Numbered from the stretch's first letter, positions 18,181 to 28,719 are shown. The stretch: 64,000 bases of DNA from Candidatus Kapaibacterium sp. (GCA_963664875.1 OY761611.1:832001-896000), one strand, 5' to 3'. Notes: generated from the sequence alone by a model not told the origin. Program-made: numbers and translations.

Positions 18181-20496
18181 TTAGATGGCTGTACTTACCC
18201 CAAGGGAGAAAGTTCTTGGGCGAACCGGTCCATATATATATCCGGAATCTCTATGCGCTCCCAAATCAAAGTCGTCCTGGAAGCTATTAAACATATTGTA
18301 AACGGAAAATGTTAGTTTAATCTCCGGCTCAATATCAATAAGCGTATAGGTAACTTTACTGTTAAATTCTACAAAACTTGGAGTTTCTACTAATTCATCT
18401 TCGGTAATTGCACCTTCAAATTCTGCACCTGCATAATGAGGTGTGAACATAGAGCCGGTAAACACTGCTGTTAAATCTAATTGCAATCTTTAATGCAGGG
18501 TCATAAATGCAGTCATGTAGCCGTACAAATCAGGAGTTCTTAGCATATTGTCAGTAGTTTTTGGTGCTATACCTTCGCTTGGAGTCCCTTCAGACCATCT
18601 CACAGGAGTGTCGTACTTGCTTGTTTGGTAAGTCAGTGCCGCCTGAAATTGGTAATCTCTCGAAAGTGAGACTTGTGCCTCGAATGTTAGTCCATTGACG
18701 TTTGCACCATCTCCGTTTGTTTTCAAAAAAACAGTATTTCCGGATCCGTCTTCGCCGATTTCTTCATTTACAAAAACATCTACTAAATTAATATTAAAGT
18801 ATTCTACTGAAAAAGAGACAGGCATACCAAATATTTCGTCACCATAATCTACAGAACCAGAGTATCCCCATGATCTTTCTTCTTTCAGATTTTCATCTAA
18901 TTTGATAATCTGTCTCACACCACCTCTAAGCTCTGCATGTAAATCATTGTCGTATGCCTGAGGAGCTCTGTAACCAGAAGTAAAACTTCCTCTAAGAGAG
19001 ATTTTGTCATTTAGTTTGAACATAGAGGTAACTCTCGGAGTGAGAATAACATTATCAACAAAGTTGTGCTTATCGGCTCTTAAACCAAAAAGCAAACTCA
19101 AATCTTCAGTAAAAAGCCAATCATTTTGGAAATAAAGTCCTAAGAGTCGGGTAGTTTGATTAAGACTAGCATTATAGCCTGTCGCTACATTTTCCACATC
19201 TTCATATTGAAAATCAACACCAGCTGAGAAAAAAGAACTACCGAACATGAACTCATCAAATGTATGTGTATATTGAGTACCTCCCACAGCTACAAGATTA
19301 TTTGTATAACCATAACCATTAGGATCTTTTTGTACACCGGTGTAGTTATCTCTATCTGTATGATTGAGAGAAGTAAATAGAGAGATTTGGTCTTTTCCGC
19401 CATTAAAAAAATGATTAAGAGTTAGATTACCCCCACTGACCTGATGCGTCAAATCTTCAGCCATAAGTGCAAGATGTGGCGGCAAATCTATATTATCACC
19501 ACCTCTTCTGTATTCGTTGAGACTATGGAGAGAGAGTGAGATCTTTGTAAAAGCATCAAAATTGTAGTATGCTTTTAGTCCTAAAGAATTTTCACGAATG
19601 TATGATGCTTCGGAAAAACCGTCACCATTTGCATCCCAAGCATCCCGTTCTCTGAAATTACCAAAAAGATAAACACCTGATTTATAATTATCACTAATCA
19701 TTGAGCTGTTTAACTGCAAGGTTTTGTCGGCAGAAGTTTCGTCTATTACACTATGCACATATTTTCCGGAAAATTGGTTTTTATTAGGCTCTTTAGTAAT
19801 AATATTAACTACACCACCTATTGCATTTCCTCCATATAATGCTGAACCGCCACCTCTTACAACTTCTACCCTTTCAACCATATTTGCCGGGATTTGATCT
19901 AAACCATATAATCCGTTTAATGCACTAAAAATGGGTCGGCTGTCAATTAGTATCTGTGTATATTGGCCATCTAAGCCATTCAGTCTGACTTGAGAAAAAC
20001 CACAATTCTGGCAGTTTGCTTCTACTCTTAGTCCGGGCTGGAATCTAATGCCATCTTTCAAAGATGCGGACTCGGTAGCTTCAAACACCTGAGAAGCTAC
20101 AAACGACATTTTGATTGGCACATCTTCGTACAGTTTTTCTGATTTAGTAGCAGTAACTACCACAGTGCCTGATTTTGAGGCTTTTTCCTTTAGAGAAAGG
20201 TTAATGTCAAATTTGTCGCCGTCTTCATGTTCAATCTTAACTGTGTAATAAAATGTTTCAAAGCCAACGGCTGTTATTCTTATCTTGTGTTCTCCGTCAG
20301 GCACATGTTTAAGTACAAATTCACCGTTTTTATTGGCAACAGCACCAATCATTGTGTTTTCAATCCTTACAGTCGCTCCCGGAATACCTTTTCCATCACT
20401 ATCGCTTACTTTGCCCCTAAGTATCCTGTCGTGAGCATATAAATGGTTTGTAATAACTACTAAGAATAAAAGAATAAAGACTATCGAATTACGCAT
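18181..20496 (-). pseudogene. TonB-dependent receptor interrupted by an in-frame TAA at 18492-18490
   Basis: CarboxypepD_reg-like N-domain, plug (VVVTATK, NCQNCG, ERVEVVRGGGSALYG) and barrel. ORFs 18490-20559 and 18181-18486 are in the same frame (..MTLH*RLQLDLTAVFTG..), and the second ends with the typical NMFN..YIYGP..PRTFSLGV terminus. Confidence 0.8.
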
Positions 20497-20513
20497 TTTG
20501 TGAAACCTTATCA

Positions 20514-20602
20514 TTAGTTGTAACTGAATTATTATGTACTGTCGCGATTCGCGAAACATACATATATTAGTTACGACTATATTTGATTTTAGTTACACAT
20601 AA
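20514..20602. promoter_or_regulatory. Three TTAG-N6-CTAA-like operators (DtxR/MntR-type) upstream of the TonB receptor
   Basis: TTAGTTGTAACTGA 20514-20527, TTAGTTACGACTAT 20567-20580, TTAGTTACACATAA 20589-20602; each has one mismatch to the palindrome. Confidence 0.55.
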
Positions 20603-20902
20603 TACAGAGGATTTAATATCTAGAGTTTAACTTTTATAAAAATAAATGGGAAGCAGATATAAAGCTACTCAGAAACACTTTTTTTACCATTGCTCTCTAC
20701 CCTAATTCAAATCATGTCTCTAACATGACTACTAAATCGAAATAGATTACAAATGAATTTTAGATATTTTGCATATAGTATTTTATATTATATTACATTA
20801 TTATATTCTTTACAAGCAATATATGCTTGATTTTCAGCGTTTTTTTGTATTGTTTTGTATAGTTGTTAGTTTATCAAGTTATATGTTTAAGGAGTATATA
20901 AC

Positions 20903-21361
20903 ATGGCTTTATCACAAGTATCAGTATGTTGCGAAATGAAACAAGGTTTTCGCACTGAAGTTACAGCATCTCATAATTTCATTATAGATCAGCCTAAGAC
21001 TTTAGGCGGCACTGACGAAGGAGCAAATCCTTTAGAAGTGTTTTTAAGCTCGCTGGGTGGTTGTGTCTGTGCTATTGGCAGAATCATAGCAATGCAAAGA
21101 AAAATGGACGTTAGAGCAATCACTTGCAAAGTGGAAGGCGATATTGACAAAAGTGTGCTAATGGGCAAAAGCAAAGATGGTCGTGCAGGTTTTACAGAAA
21201 TCAGAACTTATGTAAATATCGATGCAGATATGACATTGGAAGAGAAACAATCATACCTCGAAGAAATCGAATCGCGTTGCCCGATTGCTGATAATATTTT
21301 GCACCTATCTACAATCAAACCTATAGTTGTTAATGCTGAGGAATTAGCAGTAAACAACTAA
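20903..21361 (+). CDS. OsmC/Ohr family protein
   Basis: DQPKTLGGTDEGANPLE..LGGC and RCPIADN two-Cys signature; AGGAG RBS. Confidence 0.9.
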   Translation: MALSQVSVCCEMKQGFRTEVTASHNFIIDQPKTLGGTDEGANPLEVFLSSLGGCVCAIGRIIAMQRKMDVRAITCKVEGDIDKSVLMGKSKDGRAGFTEIRTYVNIDADMTLEEKQSYLEEIESRCPIADNILHLSTIKPIVVNAEELAVNN

Positions 21362-21394
21362 ACTATGATCTCCGATATATTGTAGAAGAAACAG

Positions 21395-21428
21395 AAACAC
21401 TCGCTTTAATCAAGCGGGTGTTTTTTTT
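21395..21428 (+). terminator. Terminator after the OsmC gene
   Basis: AAACACTCGCTT-taatc-AAGCGGGTGTTT-TTTTT. Confidence 0.8.
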
Positions 21429-21656
21429 AGATGCCTCACAAAAAGATTATATTGCTGAACAGTATTTTTTTACTATATTGCTACGGAGTATTTATAATAC
21501 TATTCTTAGACATACTTCTCTTTTGATATATATATTACAGATATTATATAATATTCTAAGAATTATTCGGGAAAGTAGCTTTTTCTTTAGCTGCATATAG
21601 TTCTTAAAGAGCTTACATATATATTTGTTATAGGGATTTTACAACAGGAGCATTTT

Positions 21657-23072
21657 ATGAAACTAAAACTTTTTGTGTCTGCATCTTTATTATTAGCAGG
21701 CATCATTGGGCTTTTTACTATTATTCAAAGTAAAGAAGCCACAAAAGAAAAGCACAATCATGCTGAGTACTTTGAAACAGCTTTTGCAACTCCTCAGGAC
21801 GTAACGAGAGCTTGCATTGAGTGCCATGAAGAAGAAGCTACAAATTTTCTTCATACACGCCATTGGAATTGGCTTGGTGATGAGTTTGAAAAAGAAGGTC
21901 ACGGCAAAGTAAGACTTGGGAAAAAAAATATTATCAATAACTTTTGCATCGCTGTTTCCTCAAATGAACCAAGATGCACCAGCTGCCATCCGGGATACGG
22001 TTGGAAAGATAATACTTTTGATTTTACAAATAAAGAAAATATAGACTGTCTTGTTTGCCACGATCAGACGGGCACTTACAAGAAAGTACCAACTGAAGCC
22101 GGCATGCCGGATCCGAAGGTTGATTTATTAGCAGTTGCAAAATCTGTTGGAAAATCTTCTGTAAATACATGCGGAAGCTGTCACTTTAACGGTGGCGGAG
22201 GTGCCTCAGTAAAACATGGAGATTTAGATCCTTCATTGCTCCAAAAAGACAAAAATATTGATGTCCACATGGGCGGTCAAGGTATGAGTTGCTCAGATTG
22301 CCACACTGCTTCTGATCACAAAATAAGTGGTGCAAGCCATGCTTCTATGACAGAAGGTAAAAACCACATTTCCTGCCAAAACTGCCATGAAGGTGCAAAA
22401 ATTCATAAAAATGAAAAAATCAACACCCACATGGAATCTTTAGCTTGTGAAACGTGTCACATCCCTGCTATTGGTAGAAACAATGCTACAAAAACATGGT
22501 GGGACTGGTCAACTGCAGGTACAAGAGAAGATGAAAAAGGACCTGACGGACATGATGTTTATGCTAAGAAAAAAGGCGATTTCAAATGGGAAAGCAACGT
22601 AATCCCTACTTACAAATGGACAAACGGCAAAGTTGACTATTACCTTGCAGGCGATAAAGTTGATGACACAAAAGTGCTCGAATTAAACATTTTAAAAGGC
22701 GATATTTCTGATCCAAACTCAAAAATTGCTCCTTTCAAAGTAATGCGAGGAAAGCAACCTTACGACCCTGTAAATAAATATCTGATTATTCCGAAGTTGT
22801 TTGGCAAAGACGGCTATTGGAAAACTTTTGATTGGGTGAAAGCATCTGAAATAGGTATGAAAAGCGTAGGGCTCGAATTTTCCGGCAAAGTAGATTTTAT
22901 CGAAACTGCCATGTATTGGTCTCAAAACCATGGTGTTACTCCAAAAGAAAAAGCACTCAAATGTACAGATTGTCACGGTACTAAAGCTACAAGAATTGAC
23001 TGGGCATCGCTTGGTTATGCCGCTGATCCTATGAAAAAAGGTGGCAGAAAGAAAAACAATCTTGTAAAATAA
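21657..23072 (+). CDS. otr: Octaheme tetrathionate reductase (OTR) family cytochrome c
   Basis: 8 CxxCH; HWNW, GKKNIINNFC, RCTSCHPGYGW, DCLVCHD, VKHGDLD, TWWDWSTAG, KIAPFK, NHGV..KALKCTDCH. Confidence 0.92.
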   Translation: MKLKLFVSASLLLAGIIGLFTIIQSKEATKEKHNHAEYFETAFATPQDVTRACIECHEEEATNFLHTRHWNWLGDEFEKEGHGKVRLGKKNIINNFCIAVSSNEPRCTSCHPGYGWKDNTFDFTNKENIDCLVCHDQTGTYKKVPTEAGMPDPKVDLLAVAKSVGKSSVNTCGSCHFNGGGGASVKHGDLDPSLLQKDKNIDVHMGGQGMSCSDCHTASDHKISGASHASMTEGKNHISCQNCHEGAKIHKNEKINTHMESLACETCHIPAIGRNNATKTWWDWSTAGTREDEKGPDGHDVYAKKKGDFKWESNVIPTYKWTNGKVDYYLAGDKVDDTKVLELNILKGDISDPNSKIAPFKVMRGKQPYDPVNKYLIIPKLFGKDGYWKTFDWVKASEIGMKSVGLEFSGKVDFIETAMYWSQNHGVTPKEKALKCTDCHGTKATRIDWASLGYAADPMKKGGRKKNNLVK

Positions 23073-23127
23073 TACTTTTTTTGTATCGGTTGTTTTTATA
23101 TAGTTGCTGACATCTAAAATACTAAAG

Positions 23128-23186
23128 AAAAAACAGGACATTGATTTTGTGGATTATTCAATCCCGAACAATGTCCTGTTTTTTTT
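23128..23186. terminator. Bidirectional terminator (long stem)
   Basis: AAAAAACAGGACATTG ... CAATGTCCTGTTTTTT. Confidence 0.8.
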
Positions 23187-23224
23187 ATATTCAACAAAGT
23201 ACTAACAAACTATTGTAGTTTTGA

Positions 23225-24421
23225 CTATAAATTCTCTTTCAAGATTTTAGAGAGATTTTTATCTAATTCCTTGTCGTAGCCTGAATGTTGGTACAATAAT
23301 TTGCCGTCTTTTCCAATAACATACAATGTCGGATAGCCCTGCACATTTAGTAGTTGAGCAACTTTATCTCCATCAACAAGAGTAGGGTATGATACTTTTT
23401 TCTCTTTCAAAAATTCTTTTGGATTAGCTCCTTCAGGTTCTCTGCAGCTTATTCCGTAGATGTGTATTTTATCTCCGAACTCTTGATATACTTCTTCAAT
23501 TTTCGGCATGGCTACAACACACCATATACACCAAGTACCCCAAAAATCGAGAATTACCGGCTTTCCTCTTAAGCTAGAAAGAGAGATTTCTTTTCCGTCT
23601 GCATCTTTTAGAGTCCAATCAGGCACTAAATCACCTTCTTTCATTTCGACCGGAGTGATAGTTTCGGCAGCCTTTTCCATTTCTTTTTGATTTTGAGCAG
23701 TTACATATTCTTCGTAGGTCATATAACCTGCTGGAACTTGCAAATCAAATTCTTTGTCTTCTATATCATTAACTACTTCAACTTTATTGATGAGCATATT
23801 GTCAACCTGGATGAGGTGATCTCCATTTTTTACAACGGATAGTATAGCCGTAGGGAAACCTGATTTTTTAGAAATTAACTGGTTTGAGTAAAAATCTAAA
23901 CCAAGTCTTTCGTCGAAAGATTTATTAGAAATATGGTAAGAATCTTCCGAATTAACAACAGTATCTGCTTCCCAAACAAAATCTTTGAACTGCGAGCTTG
24001 AATCTATTCCCTGTGCATATTCTTCATATTTTAGAAACGGCAAGAAGTTTTCTATTACTCTTGCTTTGCGTTGTAAGTCCTGAGCAAATTCCTGAGGATT
24101 TTCAGTACTGAAGAACCATTTGTCTTTGTTATTTATAACGGTAAGACGTTTGCCATTAAAAGCCACCTGATTATCGCCGTTGACTGAGTAGAATTTGAAG
24201 TCTTTGCCGTTTTCTGCAAATTCAGCTATTAGGGATTCTTTCTCGTTTTTGAGAGTAGCTTCAGAAAATCCGGTTTGATAACTGAGGTCAGCTCTGAAAG
24301 CCTGCACTGTTGTGCGTTTTTTGAATGATTCTTTGAATAAATCTTTTATGTCTTTCGGGCGTTGCTCCGAGCAAGCCAATAAAGCGCAGCACATAAGAAT
24401 AGAAGCCGCAATTTTTTTCAT
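23225..24421 (-). CDS. Lipoprotein with LolA-like N-domain and TlpA-family thioredoxin domain
   Basis: Start MKKIAA at 24421; lipobox LLA-C; C-terminal LDFWGTWCIWC..GYPTLYVI; N-domain is beta-rich and ends FDLQVPAGY. Confidence 0.8.
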   Translation of the reverse strand: MKKIAASILMCCALLACSEQRPKDIKDLFKESFKKRTTVQAFRADLSYQTGFSEATLKNEKESLIAEFAENGKDFKFYSVNGDNQVAFNGKRLTVINNKDKWFFSTENPQEFAQDLQRKARVIENFLPFLKYEEYAQGIDSSSQFKDFVWEADTVVNSEDSYHISNKSFDERLGLDFYSNQLISKKSGFPTAILSVVKNGDHLIQVDNMLINKVEVVNDIEDKEFDLQVPAGYMTYEEYVTAQNQKEMEKAAETITPVEMKEGDLVPDWTLKDADGKEISLSSLRGKPVILDFWGTWCIWCVVAMPKIEEVYQEFGDKIHIYGISCREPEGANPKEFLKEKKVSYPTLVDGDKVAQLLNVQGYPTLYVIGKDGKLLYQHSGYDKELDKNLSKILKENL

Positions 24422-24449
24422 TTTGAACTCGATATAAATAGATAAACAG

Positions 24450-25781
24450 TTATTTATTTTTGTTTGTTTTTGTTTGTTTTTCTCTCTTTTCAATTTCTTT
24501 CAGATATTCCTTTGTCTTCTCTTTGTTTCCGGCAAAATCATAAACAGCGGCAATATTTCTGAGAGTTTTTAATGCCATATCTGAGTTAGGCCCGTCATTT
24601 TTTTCAAAAATATCGAGAGCTTTTTCTAAATATGTCAGTGCATAGTCGTATTTATAAGTATTAGCCAGAATTGTAGCAAGGTTATTCATCAGATATGCAA
24701 TTTCATTATGATTGTTGCCGAGATATTTCTGTTTAGTTTCAAGTACTTTCAGATAAATCCTTTCTGCTGAAGCCAAATCTCCCTTTTCTTGATAAACAGC
24801 CGCGAGATTGTTAAATACAGTTGCAATTTTTATCTCGTTTGTGTCGCTTAGTTGCTGCAACTTTTCGGCAGCTTTGATGAAATATTCCTCCGCTTTCTCG
24901 AAATTTTGCTTTTGTCGATAAAAATCACCCAAATTGTTATAAAGAATGGCTATTGGTTCGTATTTTTCACCTTTGTTTTCTTTATAGATTTTGGCTACAG
25001 AAAGCATTACACTTTCAAATTTTTGGAGACTATCCATTTTTGCATATATACCTGCAACCTGATGCAAATCATCGACACTCGCCATTGAGTATTGGCCGTA
25101 GTTTTTGACTTTGATATCTATATTCTTTTCGATCAGAGCTTTTGCTGCCTCGAGGGAATCCTGTTGCAAATAAATATTTGCGAGGTATCCTATCGGGGTT
25201 ATTAAAGATTGGTGCTCACCTCCATAATTCATACCGCGGACTCTAACACAATAGAACAGCAGCATCTTTGCCTTTTCTTCATTTCCGAGCTCCATATTGA
25301 GCATAGCATAGTTAAAATAAGTATCTGAAATGGACATATCAGATTCTCCGAGCAAAGACTTTTTCAAATCAATTGATTTTTTAAAAAGCTTTTCTGCATC
25401 TTTATATTTTCCCAAACCGGTTTTTGTTTTTGCAAGGTTATCGATTGCAACTGCAGTCTCTTTTGTTGAATCTTTTTTGTTGTACTCAAATATTTTCAAA
25501 GCTGTTTCGAAATGCTGCTCAGCATCTTTTAGCTCCTGCAAATTCAGAAATGCAACACCAGCCATATTATGAGAGCTTCCCGCTCTGAGACTCATCAAAC
25601 CGTATTCGTTTTCAGCAAATTTTGCTGCTTTTATAGCATTCTCTGACGCAGTAACATAATCCTGCTTTCTGAGAGATTCTAAAGTATTATTCATCTGCAT
25701 TTCCCAAGGGTCATCTTGGGAATAAAGCTCAGTTGCAAAAATAAGCGATATAGCAGCCAAAAAAACAATCAATTTATTCAT
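24450..25781 (-). CDS. Secreted tetratricopeptide repeat protein (42-aa kinesin-light-chain-type repeats)
   Basis: Signal peptide ending YS-Q; repeated NNLA..Y...G....A...Y..AL.I motifs. Confidence 0.85.
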   Translation of the reverse strand: MNKLIVFLAAISLIFATELYSQDDPWEMQMNNTLESLRKQDYVTASENAIKAAKFAENEYGLMSLRAGSSHNMAGVAFLNLQELKDAEQHFETALKIFEYNKKDSTKETAVAIDNLAKTKTGLGKYKDAEKLFKKSIDLKKSLLGESDMSISDTYFNYAMLNMELGNEEKAKMLLFYCVRVRGMNYGGEHQSLITPIGYLANIYLQQDSLEAAKALIEKNIDIKVKNYGQYSMASVDDLHQVAGIYAKMDSLQKFESVMLSVAKIYKENKGEKYEPIAILYNNLGDFYRQKQNFEKAEEYFIKAAEKLQQLSDTNEIKIATVFNNLAAVYQEKGDLASAERIYLKVLETKQKYLGNNHNEIAYLMNNLATILANTYKYDYALTYLEKALDIFEKNDGPNSDMALKTLRNIAAVYDFAGNKEKTKEYLKEIEKREKQTKTNKNK

Positions 25782-25898
25782 ATTTTATCCGTTCCTACGT
25801 TAAATTTACCTAAGTTGTGTTCAAATTATTTGTTAATGTACCATTTTTTTTATTATATTATAGCATATTACTACTAAACAATATAAAGGGCATTTTTG

Positions 25899-26294
25899 AT
25901 GAAAGCAAAATACATCATTACGGCAATAATAGCAATAGCTTTTATAACTCTTGCATATTCTGCTTTTGATAGTAGCAAAATAGAATATACTGATTTTAGC
26001 TACGCAAAAAAAACCGGCAACAAAGTGCAGGTAACCGGCTCATGGGACAAATCGCAAAACTACACGTATGATGCAGAATCAAATACATTTACTTTTGTTA
26101 TGAAAGATGAAGCACAAAAAACATCCAAAGTAGTATATAAAGGTGCAAAACCAAACAACTTTGATATTGCCCCTATGGTAGTAATCAAAGGACAATTCGA
26201 AGGAGACACTTTTATTGCATCAGAAATTTTGACAAAATGTCCTTCTAAATATGAAGCAGATTTTGAAGAAATTAAAAAGAACACTAAAGTTTAA
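25899..26294 (+). CDS. ccmE: Heme chaperone CcmE, CxxxY variant
   Basis: N-terminal anchor, VVYKGAKPNNF, FIASEILTKCPSKY. Confidence 0.92.
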   Translation: MKAKYIITAIIAIAFITLAYSAFDSSKIEYTDFSYAKKTGNKVQVTGSWDKSQNYTYDAESNTFTFVMKDEAQKTSKVVYKGAKPNNFDIAPMVVIKGQFEGDTFIASEILTKCPSKYEADFEEIKKNTKV

Positions 26295-26321
26295 ACTCTC
26301 AACTACTAATACTCGAAAGGA

Positions 26322-28694
26322 ATGCCTATGTTTGGCTCAATAATTATAAATGGACTTTTGATACTGTCCATCATTACAACTATTCTATACTATCTTTCCT
26401 TTAAAAAGGAAAACTTGCTGAAAACGGCTAGATCTTTTTACCATGTCATTACTTTAGGCATGATAGTAGCCTCTGCATATTTGATGTATAATGTGATGAC
26501 TCACAACTTCTCATTTACCTATATTTGGAGATATTCCTCTACAGAGCTGCCAAAATTTCTTTTGGCAACAACCTTTTATGCAGGACAAGAAGGCTCCTTT
26601 GCCTTATGGGCATTGATGCTATCTGTAATAGGTAGCTTGCTGATACCTTATGTAAAAAAACATAATTATGAAGCACCAGTGATGACAATATATTCTCTAA
26701 TTCTGGTATTTATCTTCTTAATTATGATAAACAAAAGTCCTTTTGAATATATTTGGGATTCGTTTCCGGATCAGAATATAGAGGCCGGATTTATGCCGGC
26801 TAATGGTAATGGGCTTAATCCTATTTTGCAGAACTACTGGAACGTGATACATCCACCGATATTATTTTTGGGCTTTTCCGCTATGTCTGTTCCTTTTGCA
26901 TTTGCATTTGCAGGCCTCATCAAAAGAGAATACCATAACTGGATAAAAGTATCTATGCCATGGACATTGTTTGCGACAGGTCTGCTCTCTCTCGGCATCA
27001 TGCTTGGAGGTTTCTGGGCTTACGAAACACTTGGTTGGGGTGGATTTTGGGGTTGGGATCCGGTAGAGAACGCTTCTCTGATTCCGCTGCTTACTGCTAT
27101 AGCACTTGTCCATACTATGCTTGTGCAAAAGAAGACCGGAGGTTTAATTCGTACTAATTTTGTTTTAGCGATTATAAGTTTTGTACTGGTAATATATTCT
27201 ACATTTTTAACAAGAAGCGGAATATTGGGTGATTCTTCTGTCCATTCATTCGGTGATCCGGGTAAACTGACTTATACATTATTGTTGGCATTTTTATCAT
27301 TTTTCACTTTAATTGGTATAATTGCTCTATTTGCAAGATTCAAAGACATAAGTAGAGTTGCCGGTAAATTAGAATTTCAGATGAGCTCTCGCGAATTTAT
27401 GCTATCACTCGGCTCTTTAGTTATCCTTGCTATAGCGGGCTTTGTTCTTGTTGGTACCAGCTGGCCTATTATACAGGAAGTTTTGGGACAGGCAAAAACA
27501 GGAGTTCAAATTTCCATCTACGATGCAGGCTCTCTCCCACTTACAGCTGTTGGATTAATTTTGATGGTATTTTCGGTATTTCTGAATTGGAAGATGACAC
27601 CTGCCGAATTATTAGTAAAAAAGATGTGGTTAGGTGTGCTTCTTGCTGCTATATTTACTAATGTTTTTATCTTTTTAGGCTATAACGAGTTTAAACATAT
27701 TGCTTTGGGATTTGCAGCATTTTTTGCTTTATTCTCAAATTTGGAATATTTAATCAAGACCGCAAGAAAGTACCCGAAATTGATTGGGGCTTACCTATCA
27801 CATTTTGGATTTGCTCTTCTTATTCTTGGGGTTATTGCTAGTGGTGGATATTCAGAATCTCAACAAATGACTTTAAAAGTCGGCCAGACTAAAGAGTTCA
27901 ACGGATATACATTCAAGTTTGTCGGTAAAAACCAAATAGAAAAGGAATTTAAAGACAGAGAAAAATTCCAGTATCTGGTCGAAGTAACTCATGACGGCAA
28001 AACAGATGTAGCTAAACCAATAATTTACTACAGTGACTTTAATCAACGCCAGCAACCATTTTTGGAACCGGGAATTTTGGAATCATTTTCTAGTGATATT
28101 TACCTGTCTCCAAACGTAGCAGACTACAAATATGATATTCCTATCATTTCCCTAGGAAAAGGCGACAAAATTGATGTACCTTTGGCTTCCGGTCTTGCTA
28201 TGACTGTAACAGGTTTTGACATGCAGTCTATGATGGGCGGAGATACAAACAACGGCACTCTTCCTTTTGGTGCGATAGTAGAGTTTTCCGATTCTGAAAG
28301 TACTTTTGTTGATACACTCTACTCCAATTTGGATCCACAATCATTTGTAGGCGAACCTAATTGGTTTACTTTAGAAAAGTACAATACAGACATTTCCTTT
28401 GTGCAGTTTATGCCTGATATGCAGGATATGGGCAAGTCAAAAGTTGCCTTTATTTTGAAAGAAGCAGGCAATGAGATGCCGGCACCGGTTGAATACTTTA
28501 GCTTCGAAGCATCTGTCAAACCACTGATTAATTTAGTTTGGGCAGGAACTATAGCCATAGTTGCCGGTTTCTTTATTGCTATCGGAAAATACACTAAATC
28601 GAAAGAAGCAGGCAATAATTTAGAAGATAATTCGGACAAAACAAAAACTGACAGCAATATTTTAGAAGAAAAACCGTATATTGCTAATAAGTAA
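26322..28694 (+). CDS. ccmF: Cytochrome c heme lyase CcmF
   Basis: YAGQEGS, GLNPILQN, IHPP, WAYETLGWGGFWGWDPVENAS, FLTRSG..SVHSF, KPLINLVW. Confidence 0.95.
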   Translation: MPMFGSIIINGLLILSIITTILYYLSFKKENLLKTARSFYHVITLGMIVASAYLMYNVMTHNFSFTYIWRYSSTELPKFLLATTFYAGQEGSFALWALMLSVIGSLLIPYVKKHNYEAPVMTIYSLILVFIFLIMINKSPFEYIWDSFPDQNIEAGFMPANGNGLNPILQNYWNVIHPPILFLGFSAMSVPFAFAFAGLIKREYHNWIKVSMPWTLFATGLLSLGIMLGGFWAYETLGWGGFWGWDPVENASLIPLLTAIALVHTMLVQKKTGGLIRTNFVLAIISFVLVIYSTFLTRSGILGDSSVHSFGDPGKLTYTLLLAFLSFFTLIGIIALFARFKDISRVAGKLEFQMSSREFMLSLGSLVILAIAGFVLVGTSWPIIQEVLGQAKTGVQISIYDAGSLPLTAVGLILMVFSVFLNWKMTPAELLVKKMWLGVLLAAIFTNVFIFLGYNEFKHIALGFAAFFALFSNLEYLIKTARKYPKLIGAYLSHFGFALLILGVIASGGYSESQQMTLKVGQTKEFNGYTFKFVGKNQIEKEFKDREKFQYLVEVTHDGKTDVAKPIIYYSDFNQRQQPFLEPGILESFSSDIYLSPNVADYKYDIPIISLGKGDKIDVPLASGLAMTVTGFDMQSMMGGDTNNGTLPFGAIVEFSDSESTFVDTLYSNLDPQSFVGEPNWFTLEKYNTDISFVQFMPDMQDMGKSKVAFILKEAGNEMPAPVEYFSFEASVKPLINLVWAGTIAIVAGFFIAIGKYTKSKEAGNNLEDNSDKTKTDSNILEEKPYIANK

Positions 28695-28719
28695 TATACT
28701 ACATTTTTTAGGAGATCCT

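Noticed and set aside
18490-18492. Possible recoding (Sec/Pyl or alternative genetic code) at the TonB receptor stop
   Set aside because: The codon is TAA, which terminates many intact genes in this window; Sec and Pyl use TGA and TAG
20497-20900. Cobalamin riboswitch expected upstream of a TonB receptor near an RdhA-like gene
   Set aside because: No B12-box or GC-rich conserved cores visible; only AT-rich sequence with TTAG-N6-CTAA-like sites
21475-21496. Shared ATATTGCT motif upstream of otr, the AlgE porin and osmC as a common regulator site
   Set aside because: It matches the TATATT(G) -10-like promoter element seen at many genes here, so it is not specific
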